A stretch of DNA of 52,927 nucleotides, taken from a virus (taxonomy: Duplodnaviria; Caudoviricetes). The stretch spans positions 1-52,927 of IMG/VR virus record IMGVR_UViG_3300038330_000053; one strand, given 5' to 3'. Both the position numbers and the translations under genes were made by a program. Shown here in pieces: positions 45,521 to 52,927 of the stretch (positions are counted from its first letter, which is position 1; the number at the start of each line of letters is the position of its first letter). The notes under the pieces are model-generated. The model searched no databases. It worked only from the letters and a program-made list of their open reading frames with translations, and had not been told where the DNA came from.

Positions 45521-46785
45521 TGCCGCCGACCCTCCACTTCTCGCTGGTCATGTCCACGCCCTTCGAGGACTGCGGCCTGGGGGGCATCACTTGCACAGGC
45601 GGGGGCGGCATGACCGCGTACGTCGAGGACTTCACCGACTTCGGCACGACGTACCGTATGCGCATCTTCCGCTCGACGGATAACGGCCTCACGTGGGCCG
45701 AGCCCTGGTCGTACACGTCGCCGGCCAACCCGTGGTTCTACCAGATGAAGTCGCCGCGCTTCGGGCGGGTGCTCGTGGGGTCCGAGGGGCCGTACGAGTG
45801 CATCCCCGAGATGCTGAACGATATCTTCCCGGTCTCGGACGACGCGGGCGAGACGTGGGTCGGGGCCAATGCCCCGCACTACGCGGACGACTGTCTTGAC
45901 GACTGGACGACGCGCGACTTCGTGGTCCTCGACGCGAACGAGGTGCTGGCGTACGGGGGGCACCGCATCGGTGGCGGCGTGTACTACCACATGATGCGCT
46001 CCTTGGACGGCGGAGCTACCTGGGGCGCGCCGTTTCAGGTTGCGCCGGCCGGGACGACGGGGCTGGCCGAGATTTCGACCATGACGTGGCTCGGCGGCGA
46101 CACGCTCGTTGCCAGTGGGAGGATGCGCAACGCTTCGGCGGTCCCCATCTATCGGTCTACGGATCGGGGCGCGACCTGGACGGGGAGCGTGCCACCGGCT
46201 GGGACGGGCTCTCGGTACATGGGATCGGCGTCGCTCGGCGGTGGGGTCGTGCTCATCGGGAACGCCAACGGACTCTTTCGCTCGACGGATAGCGGCGTCA
46301 CGTGGGCAAGCATCAGCGCATCTCTGCCCAGCTTCTTGGGTGGCACCGGCTACATCGTGTCGCCTGGCGCGGGCGTGGCGGTCGTCATGATCGGTGGGGC
46401 CGAGTTCGACAACGTGTGGTGGTGGACGGCGGACAGCGGCGTCACGTGGGCCCGCGCCACGCACACGGCACCGACTGATGAGCCACGCGCGCCAGGAGGC
46501 ACCCAACACTTCATGGCCGTGGCCGACGACGGGTCGATCCTGTCCACGAGCCTGTCGAAAGCGGCGACGGCGACCCCAGGTGAAGGCTATAGGTTTCGTA
46601 TCTGGCGCGGTGTGTGGTCGGAGGTCGAGGGCCTGGCGCTGGCGGGGCCATGCGTCGGGTTCGTGCTACCTGAGCCCCCGGAGCCCGAGCCCGAGCCCGG
46701 GCCGCCCGAGGAGCCGCTGGCCGCGCTCCAGCAGCAGGGCCGGTTCCGCCAGAGCCTGCGCGTGACGGGGACCTACCGCCCATGA
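45520..46785 (+). CDS. BNR/Asp-box beta-propeller protein, cassette 2
   Basis: Six S/TxDxGxTW boxes; PE linker; ends SLRVTGTYRP. Confidence 0.85.
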   Translation: MPPTLHFSLVMSTPFEDCGLGGITCTGGGGMTAYVEDFTDFGTTYRMRIFRSTDNGLTWAEPWSYTSPANPWFYQMKSPRFGRVLVGSEGPYECIPEMLNDIFPVSDDAGETWVGANAPHYADDCLDDWTTRDFVVLDANEVLAYGGHRIGGGVYYHMMRSLDGGATWGAPFQVAPAGTTGLAEISTMTWLGGDTLVASGRMRNASAVPIYRSTDRGATWTGSVPPAGTGSRYMGSASLGGGVVLIGNANGLFRSTDSGVTWASISASLPSFLGGTGYIVSPGAGVAVVMIGGAEFDNVWWWTADSGVTWARATHTAPTDEPRAPGGTQHFMAVADDGSILSTSLSKAATATPGEGYRFRIWRGVWSEVEGLALAGPCVGFVLPEPPEPEPEPGPPEEPLAALQQQGRFRQSLRVTGTYRP

Positions 46786-47309
46786 GCGAGTACGTCTTCT
46801 CCAACGAGATCGTCAGCCTCGCGGTGAACCTGGAGGACGGCTCATGGCGCGTGGTCGCGACGCAGTCCGGCGTCGCCACCAAGTGCTACTGGTACGAGGA
46901 GGACACGGGCGAGTTGCTGGGCTCGGCCCTCGGCCAGGTGCTCCTGCTGGAGCGGCCCGGCGAGACGACGGACGGCGCGGCCTCCATCTACTACGAGGTG
47001 GAGACGCCCGGCGTGGCGCTCGACGCGGGCCAGATCGGCGTCATCCAGCGGGTCTACGTGGACATCAACACGCGCGGGGAGCGGCTGGAGACCGCCCTGG
47101 TGCTCGATGGCGGAGACGTGCGCGTCATCCCGGCCCTCGTGCAGACGCCCGTCCGCCAGATTGTGGAGGTGCCGACCGGGAGCGTGTCCGCGCGCCTGGC
47201 GGGCGTGCGCCTGTGGGGCGCGATTCGGCAGCGGGTGGACCTCTACGAGATTGCGCTGGACGTGAGCATCGGTATCCAGGAGCATCAGGCCCAGGGAGGC
47301 GGACGCTAA
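46782..47309 (+). CDS. Tail nozzle-like protein, C-terminal part
   Basis: EYVFS...LAVNLEDGSW, YEVETP..L......IQRVYVD, final beta-sandwich; ATGA coupling. Confidence 0.6.
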   Translation: MSEYVFSNEIVSLAVNLEDGSWRVVATQSGVATKCYWYEEDTGELLGSALGQVLLLERPGETTDGAASIYYEVETPGVALDAGQIGVIQRVYVDINTRGERLETALVLDGGDVRVIPALVQTPVRQIVEVPTGSVSARLAGVRLWGAIRQRVDLYEIALDVSIGIQEHQAQGGGR

Positions 47310-47314
47310 CCGCT

Positions 47315-48976
47315 ATGCCGCAACTCCAGAAGAAGTCCGCATCAGGCGGCTCGGCACGCGGCGCGGACTACGTTGGGGACGACGCGGCCCTCCAGACACT
47401 CCAGTACATCGTCAAGAGCCTGGTCGAGACGCCCAAGAAGATGGCGCAGGGCGCGCTCGACATCGGCGTGGCGGGGCCGCTTCGCGCGTTGGGCCTCTTC
47501 GCAGACACGCCGCCCGGCGAACTCATCCTGGGCAAGAACCACGAGATGGGCCTGGTGGATTGGGCGGTGCCAGGCTCCGGACGCGGCATTCGCAACCTCC
47601 CGCTCCTTGCCGCCATGATGGGCGGCCGAGGGAAGGGCGGCTTCCCCAAGCCTGGCCCACCCAAGAACTGGGACCCGCCGTCGCATCATGGGCGGGCGGC
47701 CGGCGAAGCCGCTGCTCCCCGTCCCACGAAGGTGGAGGAACCGGCTCCGTCGGGCTGGTGGGGCGAGATGACCGAGGAGATGCCACGGGGCAAGAAGCTC
47801 CAGCGTGAGTTGACGGATGCGTACGGCGTCCCGCTCTTCGAGCGGCCCGAGCCGTCGCGCATCGTGCGCAGTGACGCCAAGCGGTTAGCCGCCCGTAACC
47901 AGGCGATGGTTCCCGTCGAGCCTCGCCGCCTCGTCGTGGACCCCGAGGAGGCGCTGGCCGAGGGGACGCGCCGTGCGATGCGGGCCACGCCGGGGGCGCT
48001 GGGCGAGCGGCAGCGCCTCAACGCGGTCTACGACTGGATCATCGCGCAAAAGGAGACGGTCAAGGAGGCCGGCACGATGCGCGCCGGCCTCGCGCACGAG
48101 GAGGACATCCGCCGCTACCTCCGCACGGGCATCTTCGGCCAGTACTGGTACGAGGGCGCGGAGGACGCCCTCCGCGAGGGCGTCGAGCGCCTGCGCCGTG
48201 CGGCGCGCGTCCACCAGGGACTCACGCTCCCGCCAACGGGCGAGGCGGTGGCGCACTTGGGCCGCAACATCGCGGCCACGTCGCCGCTCACCGAGCCCGG
48301 CGAGAACGTGGACCGCGCCCTCCAGGCCTACTTCTTCTGGGTGGCAGGCGGGAAGCGCACCGATCAGCAATTCCCCGGCTTCGAGTCTCATGCCAAGAAC
48401 CTGGGGAAGATCGTGGCGGGTGAGCCCATCCACGGCCCCAAGGTCTCCAACTACCTCCTCGACATCTTCGGATCGCAGCGGTCCCCCACCATTGACCGCT
48501 GGATGGTGGAGGTGCTCATTCCGGGCCGGAAGTCCACGGCGTCGCAGGTGGCGGACTGGGAATACCAAGTGGTGTCTGACCGCCTCACGCAGTTAGCGGA
48601 CCTGTGGGGCACGACGCCCGTACGTGCGCAGGCCGCCCTCTGGACGGGCTACAAACTGCTCCACGATGACCGGATGATCGAGATGGTCAAGACGCATAAG
48701 CTCCTCCCCGAGGACGTGGTCCCGTCGCTCGCCACGCACATCCGAGCCGGCGTGGACCGGAGCGTCATCGCGATGGAGAAGCGCGGCACCTCCTGGATCA
48801 TGAAGGGCAACCCCGCGCTGCTGGCGACGCTGCCCATCATCGGCCTGGCCTCCTCACTCATCGAGGACGATAACGCCTACACCGCCTCGCAGGCCCAGCC
48901 CGCGCCCGTGGCCGAGGGGCCGCCCAGCGGCAACGGGATGCAGGGGCCGGCGGCCACGCGCCCGAGGATGGAGTAG
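47315..48976 (+). CDS. Putative ejected protein with HhH-GPD-like DNA glycosylase domain
   Basis: WYE...AATSP...GPKVSNY...TIDRWM...P..AQAALW; Lys-to-Asp spacing of 18. Confidence 0.7.
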   Translation: MPQLQKKSASGGSARGADYVGDDAALQTLQYIVKSLVETPKKMAQGALDIGVAGPLRALGLFADTPPGELILGKNHEMGLVDWAVPGSGRGIRNLPLLAAMMGGRGKGGFPKPGPPKNWDPPSHHGRAAGEAAAPRPTKVEEPAPSGWWGEMTEEMPRGKKLQRELTDAYGVPLFERPEPSRIVRSDAKRLAARNQAMVPVEPRRLVVDPEEALAEGTRRAMRATPGALGERQRLNAVYDWIIAQKETVKEAGTMRAGLAHEEDIRRYLRTGIFGQYWYEGAEDALREGVERLRRAARVHQGLTLPPTGEAVAHLGRNIAATSPLTEPGENVDRALQAYFFWVAGGKRTDQQFPGFESHAKNLGKIVAGEPIHGPKVSNYLLDIFGSQRSPTIDRWMVEVLIPGRKSTASQVADWEYQVVSDRLTQLADLWGTTPVRAQAALWTGYKLLHDDRMIEMVKTHKLLPEDVVPSLATHIRAGVDRSVIAMEKRGTSWIMKGNPALLATLPIIGLASSLIEDDNAYTASQAQPAPVAEGPPSGNGMQGPAATRPRME

Positions 48977-48978
48977 CG

Positions 48979-49695
48979 GTGAGCACGCTGGGCCAGGCCG
49001 TCAGCGACCCCGCCGTCCAGGCCATGATCCAGGGCATTGTGCAGCAGGCACAGCGCACGGGCCTGGCGACGCCGGCCGGCCGCGCCAACGCGGCGCAGCA
49101 GACGCTCCAGTGGCTCGGCGGCGCGCCGCCCAAGGCCATGCGGTTCGATGCATTCGGCCGCGAGAAGCCCCTCGTGGACCAGGACCAGTGGCGACGGAGC
49201 CAGGAGGGCGGGCCGCTGTCAGCCGCCGCTGGCCCAGCGGGGCGCTACCCGCTCAAGCACTCGCAGGGTCTTGACTTCACGAAGCTCCCGAACGGGCTGC
49301 TTGGCGGAAAAGAGAAACTCGATGGCATCCTCGGGACCATGTCCCCACAGTCACGTGAGGCGGCCATCCGGTATCTCAACGAGGAGATTCTGACGAAGTT
49401 CCGCGCCGAGGCCCCCGTGGGCAGTTCGTTCAAGGTGCTCACAACGACAGGCGAGAACGCGCGCGTCGTCGGCCGCGCCACGGAGGACAAGGCCGCAGCC
49501 GAGGCCCTCGGCAAGGTGACGGAGTGGCTTGGCCCAAACACAGAAGGGCGGTTCGGCTGGGGCCTGCGGAAGCCTGGGGCTCCTGACCAGGTGCCCTGGG
49601 CACTCACGCCGGAGGGCAAGACCGTGCCGCGCGACCCGTGGGAGTACATGCGGCAGCACCGTGAGTGGCGCGAAGGCCAGCCACCGACCCGCTAG
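48979..49695 (+). CDS. Hypothetical protein in the ejection block
   Basis: GGAG RBS; tight spacing. Confidence 0.6.
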   Translation: MSTLGQAVSDPAVQAMIQGIVQQAQRTGLATPAGRANAAQQTLQWLGGAPPKAMRFDAFGREKPLVDQDQWRRSQEGGPLSAAAGPAGRYPLKHSQGLDFTKLPNGLLGGKEKLDGILGTMSPQSREAAIRYLNEEILTKFRAEAPVGSSFKVLTTTGENARVVGRATEDKAAAEALGKVTEWLGPNTEGRFGWGLRKPGAPDQVPWALTPEGKTVPRDPWEYMRQHREWREGQPPTR

Positions 49696-49697
49696 CC

Positions 49698-50282
49698 ATG
49701 TACCGTTACGAGACGAGCGCCGACATGGACACCGCCGTCGCCGGCATGTGGTATCGGATGCAGCGGGACGGGGACCTGGACCGCATCTTCCTCAAGGACT
49801 CCCAGACCCTGAGCGAGATGTTCCGGCTGATCCAGGGGGCGAACAAGGGCATGTTGTTCGAGGCCAACGCGGAGGACGGCATCTGGCTGGCCATGTGGTT
49901 CGAGCAGGTGATGGGCGTGGCGTACTGCGGCCTCTGGGTCGCTAAGCCCTACCGCCCCACGCTGCGCGGCCTGCGCGCCGTCATCACGATCTACGAGCAG
50001 GCCCTCCGCTGGTTTCCTGCTATCCTCGGCGTGACCAAACAGGAGGCCCTCCTGGAACCCCATCGCAAGCTCGGCTACGACATCCTCGGGGAGATCCCTG
50101 GCATCTGGGACGGCGAGCGCGCCTGGCTCGTCATGCTCACGCGCGAGGGGTTCGCACGGGCGAACGCCCGGCGGCTCGCGCGGTTCTCGCCCGCCGGCCA
50201 CAAAGAGCCGCAGTGGATCTCTCGCGCGGCCTTGCTCCTCGAAGATCAGGTGGCGCGCGCCAAGGAGCTACACCGTGGGTAG
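49698..50282 (+). CDS. GNAT-like protein preceding the ejection proteins
   Basis: GLWVAKPYR...RKLGYDILGEIP; position typical of podoviruses. Confidence 0.65.
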   Translation: MYRYETSADMDTAVAGMWYRMQRDGDLDRIFLKDSQTLSEMFRLIQGANKGMLFEANAEDGIWLAMWFEQVMGVAYCGLWVAKPYRPTLRGLRAVITIYEQALRWFPAILGVTKQEALLEPHRKLGYDILGEIPGIWDGERAWLVMLTREGFARANARRLARFSPAGHKEPQWISRAALLLEDQVARAKELHRG

Positions 50283-50817
50283 CACAGGGAAGGGCGGGAA
50301 GGTCCCCAAGTCCAGCGCTGAGAGCGGTCTCCTGGACGTGGCCTCGCAGATGATCCATGAGGCCACGCCCATCCGGCGCGAGGTGCTGAACCAATCGATG
50401 GAGGCCCTGACCACTGGCGGCATCGGGGCGCGCATCCCCTTCGCCCAGAAGGGCGTGGAGGCGTCCCGCGCCGCCACAAGCTCCGCGCTCAGCCAACTCG
50501 ATACGTCCCTCGCGCAGCAAGGGATGGGCCGCTCCTCGTTCGGGAACCAGTTGCGCGCGAGCACGCTGCTGCAGGGCGAGCTAGAGACGCAGGCCATCCC
50601 GCAGCGGGTGGCGGAGCAGTTCATCGTGGCCGCGCCGACGATGGCGCTCGGCTTCGGGGGCCAGGGCCTGCAGGGCGTGAGCAGCGCGGGCGGCATGGCC
50701 AACCAGCGCAAGGGCATCGAGGCGCAGCGCGACATCGCCAAGGGCAACCAGCAAACCCAGTTGATCTCGTCGTTCATGAGCGCCGCCGGAGGCGGGGCCG
50801 GCGCGGCACTTACCTAG
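50275..50817 (+). CDS. Putative ejection/pilot protein
   Basis: MGSTGKGGK start; LAQQGMGRSS; Gly/Ala/Gln-rich; AAGGAG RBS. Confidence 0.65.
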   Translation: MGSTGKGGKVPKSSAESGLLDVASQMIHEATPIRREVLNQSMEALTTGGIGARIPFAQKGVEASRAATSSALSQLDTSLAQQGMGRSSFGNQLRASTLLQGELETQAIPQRVAEQFIVAAPTMALGFGGQGLQGVSSAGGMANQRKGIEAQRDIAKGNQQTQLISSFMSAAGGGAGAALT

Positions 50818-50827
50818 GGGTTACGAC

Positions 50828-51553
50828 ATGGGCGCGAAAGGTAAGCAGTCAATGTTGTCGGACCCCGGCGCAGCGGTGGTCGCGGCGTCCGCCCAGAACC
50901 CGTACGGCGTGGACGGCGGCGGCGGGATGGACGGCAGCGACATGGCGAACGCGCAGGTGGCCATGAACCCCTACACGTTCGAGGCGTCGCCCCCGGGCAT
51001 CGGGCTCGGCCCGCCCGGTCAGCAGCCGTTCGGGCAGTGGGGCGCGATGACGGCGGCGGAGGGCTATCCGCCGAGCGCCTACGGGACGCCCGGCACCACG
51101 CCCTACCCGCAGACGCAGGGGACGCCCGGCTACGAGCCCGCGAATCCGATGAATGACCCCATGGGCGAGCGGCAGCAGCCCGGCGCGCCCATCGAGTGGA
51201 CCGACCCCGGCTCTCGACCGGTGCCAGGGGCCGACAAGAAGGGGATCGACTGGAAGAAGATCCTGGAAGGCGCGCAGGAGGGCTTGCGCAAGCAGCCCCC
51301 GTTCTCGCCCAGCAGCATCCCGTCGGTGCCGGGGCTATCGGCGGCACAATATGGGACGCCCGATGCCAAGCTGGGCCCGTTCCTCGTCATGCCGTTCCAG
51401 AGTCGCATCCTGCGCAGCATGGGCATGAACGACGAGCAGGGCCGCAGCTTTCTCGCCAACCAGATCATGGCCGGTAACCCGCAGTACGGGCCGTACTCGG
51501 CGCAGCAGATCGGGGCCGCGCAGCGCATGTTCGGCGGCGGCGGTAGGGGCTAG
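50828..51553 (+). CDS. Gly/Pro/Gln-rich putative ejection protein
   Basis: Low-complexity protein in the ejection block. Confidence 0.6.
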   Translation: MGAKGKQSMLSDPGAAVVAASAQNPYGVDGGGGMDGSDMANAQVAMNPYTFEASPPGIGLGPPGQQPFGQWGAMTAAEGYPPSAYGTPGTTPYPQTQGTPGYEPANPMNDPMGERQQPGAPIEWTDPGSRPVPGADKKGIDWKKILEGAQEGLRKQPPFSPSSIPSVPGLSAAQYGTPDAKLGPFLVMPFQSRILRSMGMNDEQGRSFLANQIMAGNPQYGPYSAQQIGAAQRMFGGGGRG

Positions 51554-51555
51554 CC

Positions 51556-52927
51556 ATGGCGATGTCCCTCCCGCTGTTCCTCGCGACGCTGATTGGCGGC
51601 GGCGCGGTCGCGTTCGGCGGCGCGAAGATGCGCCGCGACGCCGAGGAAGAGGCCCACGGCCGCATGGCCGTGATGAAGGTCACGCAAGAGGCCGCCGTCA
51701 AGCAGATGATGGACGGCCTCACCGTCCCCGACGAGTTGGGGACGGCCGCGTTCGGCAAGGAATGGAAGAACGTCTCGCCCGCGTTCGCCATCACGGCGCA
51801 GGCCATCCGTGCCGCCAAGGACGAAAAGCGCCGCTACGCGCAGAGCCTCATCGAGAGCCTCAACAGCCGGGACGACGTGGTGCCCATCACGTCGCAGCAG
51901 CAGCAGGCGCTGCCGCCCGGCATGATCGCGCCCCAGGCGCTGCCGCAGGCGGGAGCCGCCTCGCCCCAGGCGCTCCCACCGCATCTCGCGCCTATTGGCC
52001 CCGGCACCGATCCCCGGCTCGCGCAGCAGACGCCGCCGGGCCCCACGGTGGATACGCTGTCTCCGACAGAGGAGACGGTGTACACGCCGCCGGCTCCTGC
52101 TAAGCCGATCCTGCGCCCGCTGGTCGGCGGGCGACGACCGCCCCGAGGCGGGGCCAGCGTCAGTGTCACGGACGAGGGCAAGGTCACGATCAATCGCACG
52201 TCGGCAACGGACGAAGCCCTCAAGGACTATGACCGCTCCCAGTTCATCGCGGATCTCATCAGGAAGGTGCCCAACACGAGCCTGCATCCCCGCTACATCC
52301 GCGAGGCCGGGTTCGACGTACCGGCGGGCTACCTCGATGAGGTGGGGCAGTCGGCGTTCGACCGCGAGATGCTCGCGGCGCTCCAGACGTTCCGCAACGA
52401 GCGGGGCCGGATGCCCAACACGTCCGAGCAGCCCATGCTGCTCTTCGAGGCGGCGCAGAAGGCGGGCTACGTGCCCAAGCACCTCGCGGGCCAGATGTTC
52501 CAGACGCCCGCTGACGCGGACAACGCGTTCCTCGCGGCGTTCCAGGGAAGCTGGGACAAGTTCCAGCCCCTCCTGGAGCGCGGCAGTGTCACGCTCCAGG
52601 AGTACACGGAGTTGATCGCACGGACGGTGGGCAAGCCCCCGAGCCGCGAGCATCTTGCGGCGGCCAACGAGTTCGCGCGCAATGCCCTGCGGGCCCGCCT
52701 CGCGAACGATCCCCGCTTCAAGACCAACATCGGCGCGGCGGAAGCCGAGTTGAACCGGCTCGCGCCCCAGGGCGTGACCGAGCCGTCGCTGCAGCGGCAG
52801 GACCGCCCCCTCCCCCAGACGCCGGCCCAGACGTTCCAAAGCTCAGTGACGCAGACGCCTGCGCCGCTCGAACGCAACGCCCCTGGTGTGCCGGGCGCGC
52901 CGGGCGTAGCCCCTACGGCTCCTGCAC
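51556..52927 (+). CDS. Large putative ejection protein, N-terminal part (MAMSLPLFLATLIGGGAVAFGG...); continues at window start
   Basis: Hand-translated open frame to the window end; absent from the ORF track because its stop is at 1047. Confidence 0.8.
   Translation, partial: MAMSLPLFLATLIGGGAVAFGGAKMRRDAEEEAHGRMAVMKVTQEAAVKQMMDGLTVPDELGTAAFGKEWKNVSPAFAITAQAIRAAKDEKRRYAQSLIESLNSRDDVVPITSQQQQALPPGMIAPQALPQAGAASPQALPPHLAPIGPGTDPRLAQQTPPGPTVDTLSPTEETVYTPPAPAKPILRPLVGGRRPPRGGASVSVTDEGKVTINRTSATDEALKDYDRSQFIADLIRKVPNTSLHPRYIREAGFDVPAGYLDEVGQSAFDREMLAALQTFRNERGRMPNTSEQPMLLFEAAQKAGYVPKHLAGQMFQTPADADNAFLAAFQGSWDKFQPLLERGSVTLQEYTELIARTVGKPPSREHLAAANEFARNALRARLANDPRFKTNIGAAEAELNRLAPQGVTEPSLQRQDRPLPQTPAQTFQSSVTQTPAPLERNAPGVPGAPGVAPTAPA

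Noticed and set aside
43995-46785. Calling the BNR proteins sialidases
   Set aside because: Asp-boxes are structural; I could not identify the sialidase Arg triad or the RIP motif.
52816-52927. Biological direct terminal repeat
   Set aside because: It lies mid-gene and looks like an assembler overlap; the packaging-type signals are near 21 kb.

Overview
The window is an apparently complete, circularly assembled genome (52,815 bp unique; positions 1-112 repeat 52816-52927) of a very GC-rich tailed dsDNA phage with podovirus-like architecture. The minus arm (~2.9-20.0 kb) carries early and replication genes: a MoxR/CbbQ-type AAA+ ATPase with a VWA-like partner, many small Zn-binding and HTH proteins, a RecB/Cas4-like nuclease, a Sak4-like ATPase, an SSB, a UDG-fused family A DNA polymerase and a DUF3987-type helicase-like ATPase. 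It is driven by six near-identical sigma70 promoters. The plus arm (21.6 kb through the junction to 3.0 kb) carries packaging, fibre/spike, portal, capsid, adaptor, nozzle and ejection-protein genes. The 1.6-kb control region between the arms holds a structured leader, IHF-like and sigma54-like sites, and a dyad-symmetric element centred on a (CA)25(GA)5 tract. The most unusual observations are: (1) a nozzle-like gene split around two BNR beta-propeller cassettes that each end in the same short motif; (2) the symmetric microsatellite element flanked by converging sigma54-like promoters in a genome with no recognisable primase; (3) an HhH-GPD-like DNA glycosylase domain in the ejection-protein block; (4) a genome-wide oriented 11-bp CTAACCSCTAG motif; (5) a terminase split into ATPase and nuclease genes; (6) a His762-type PolA. 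I recognised no integrase, primase, endolysin, tRNA or CRISPR array. All family assignments are by-eye motif recognition, not database searches.
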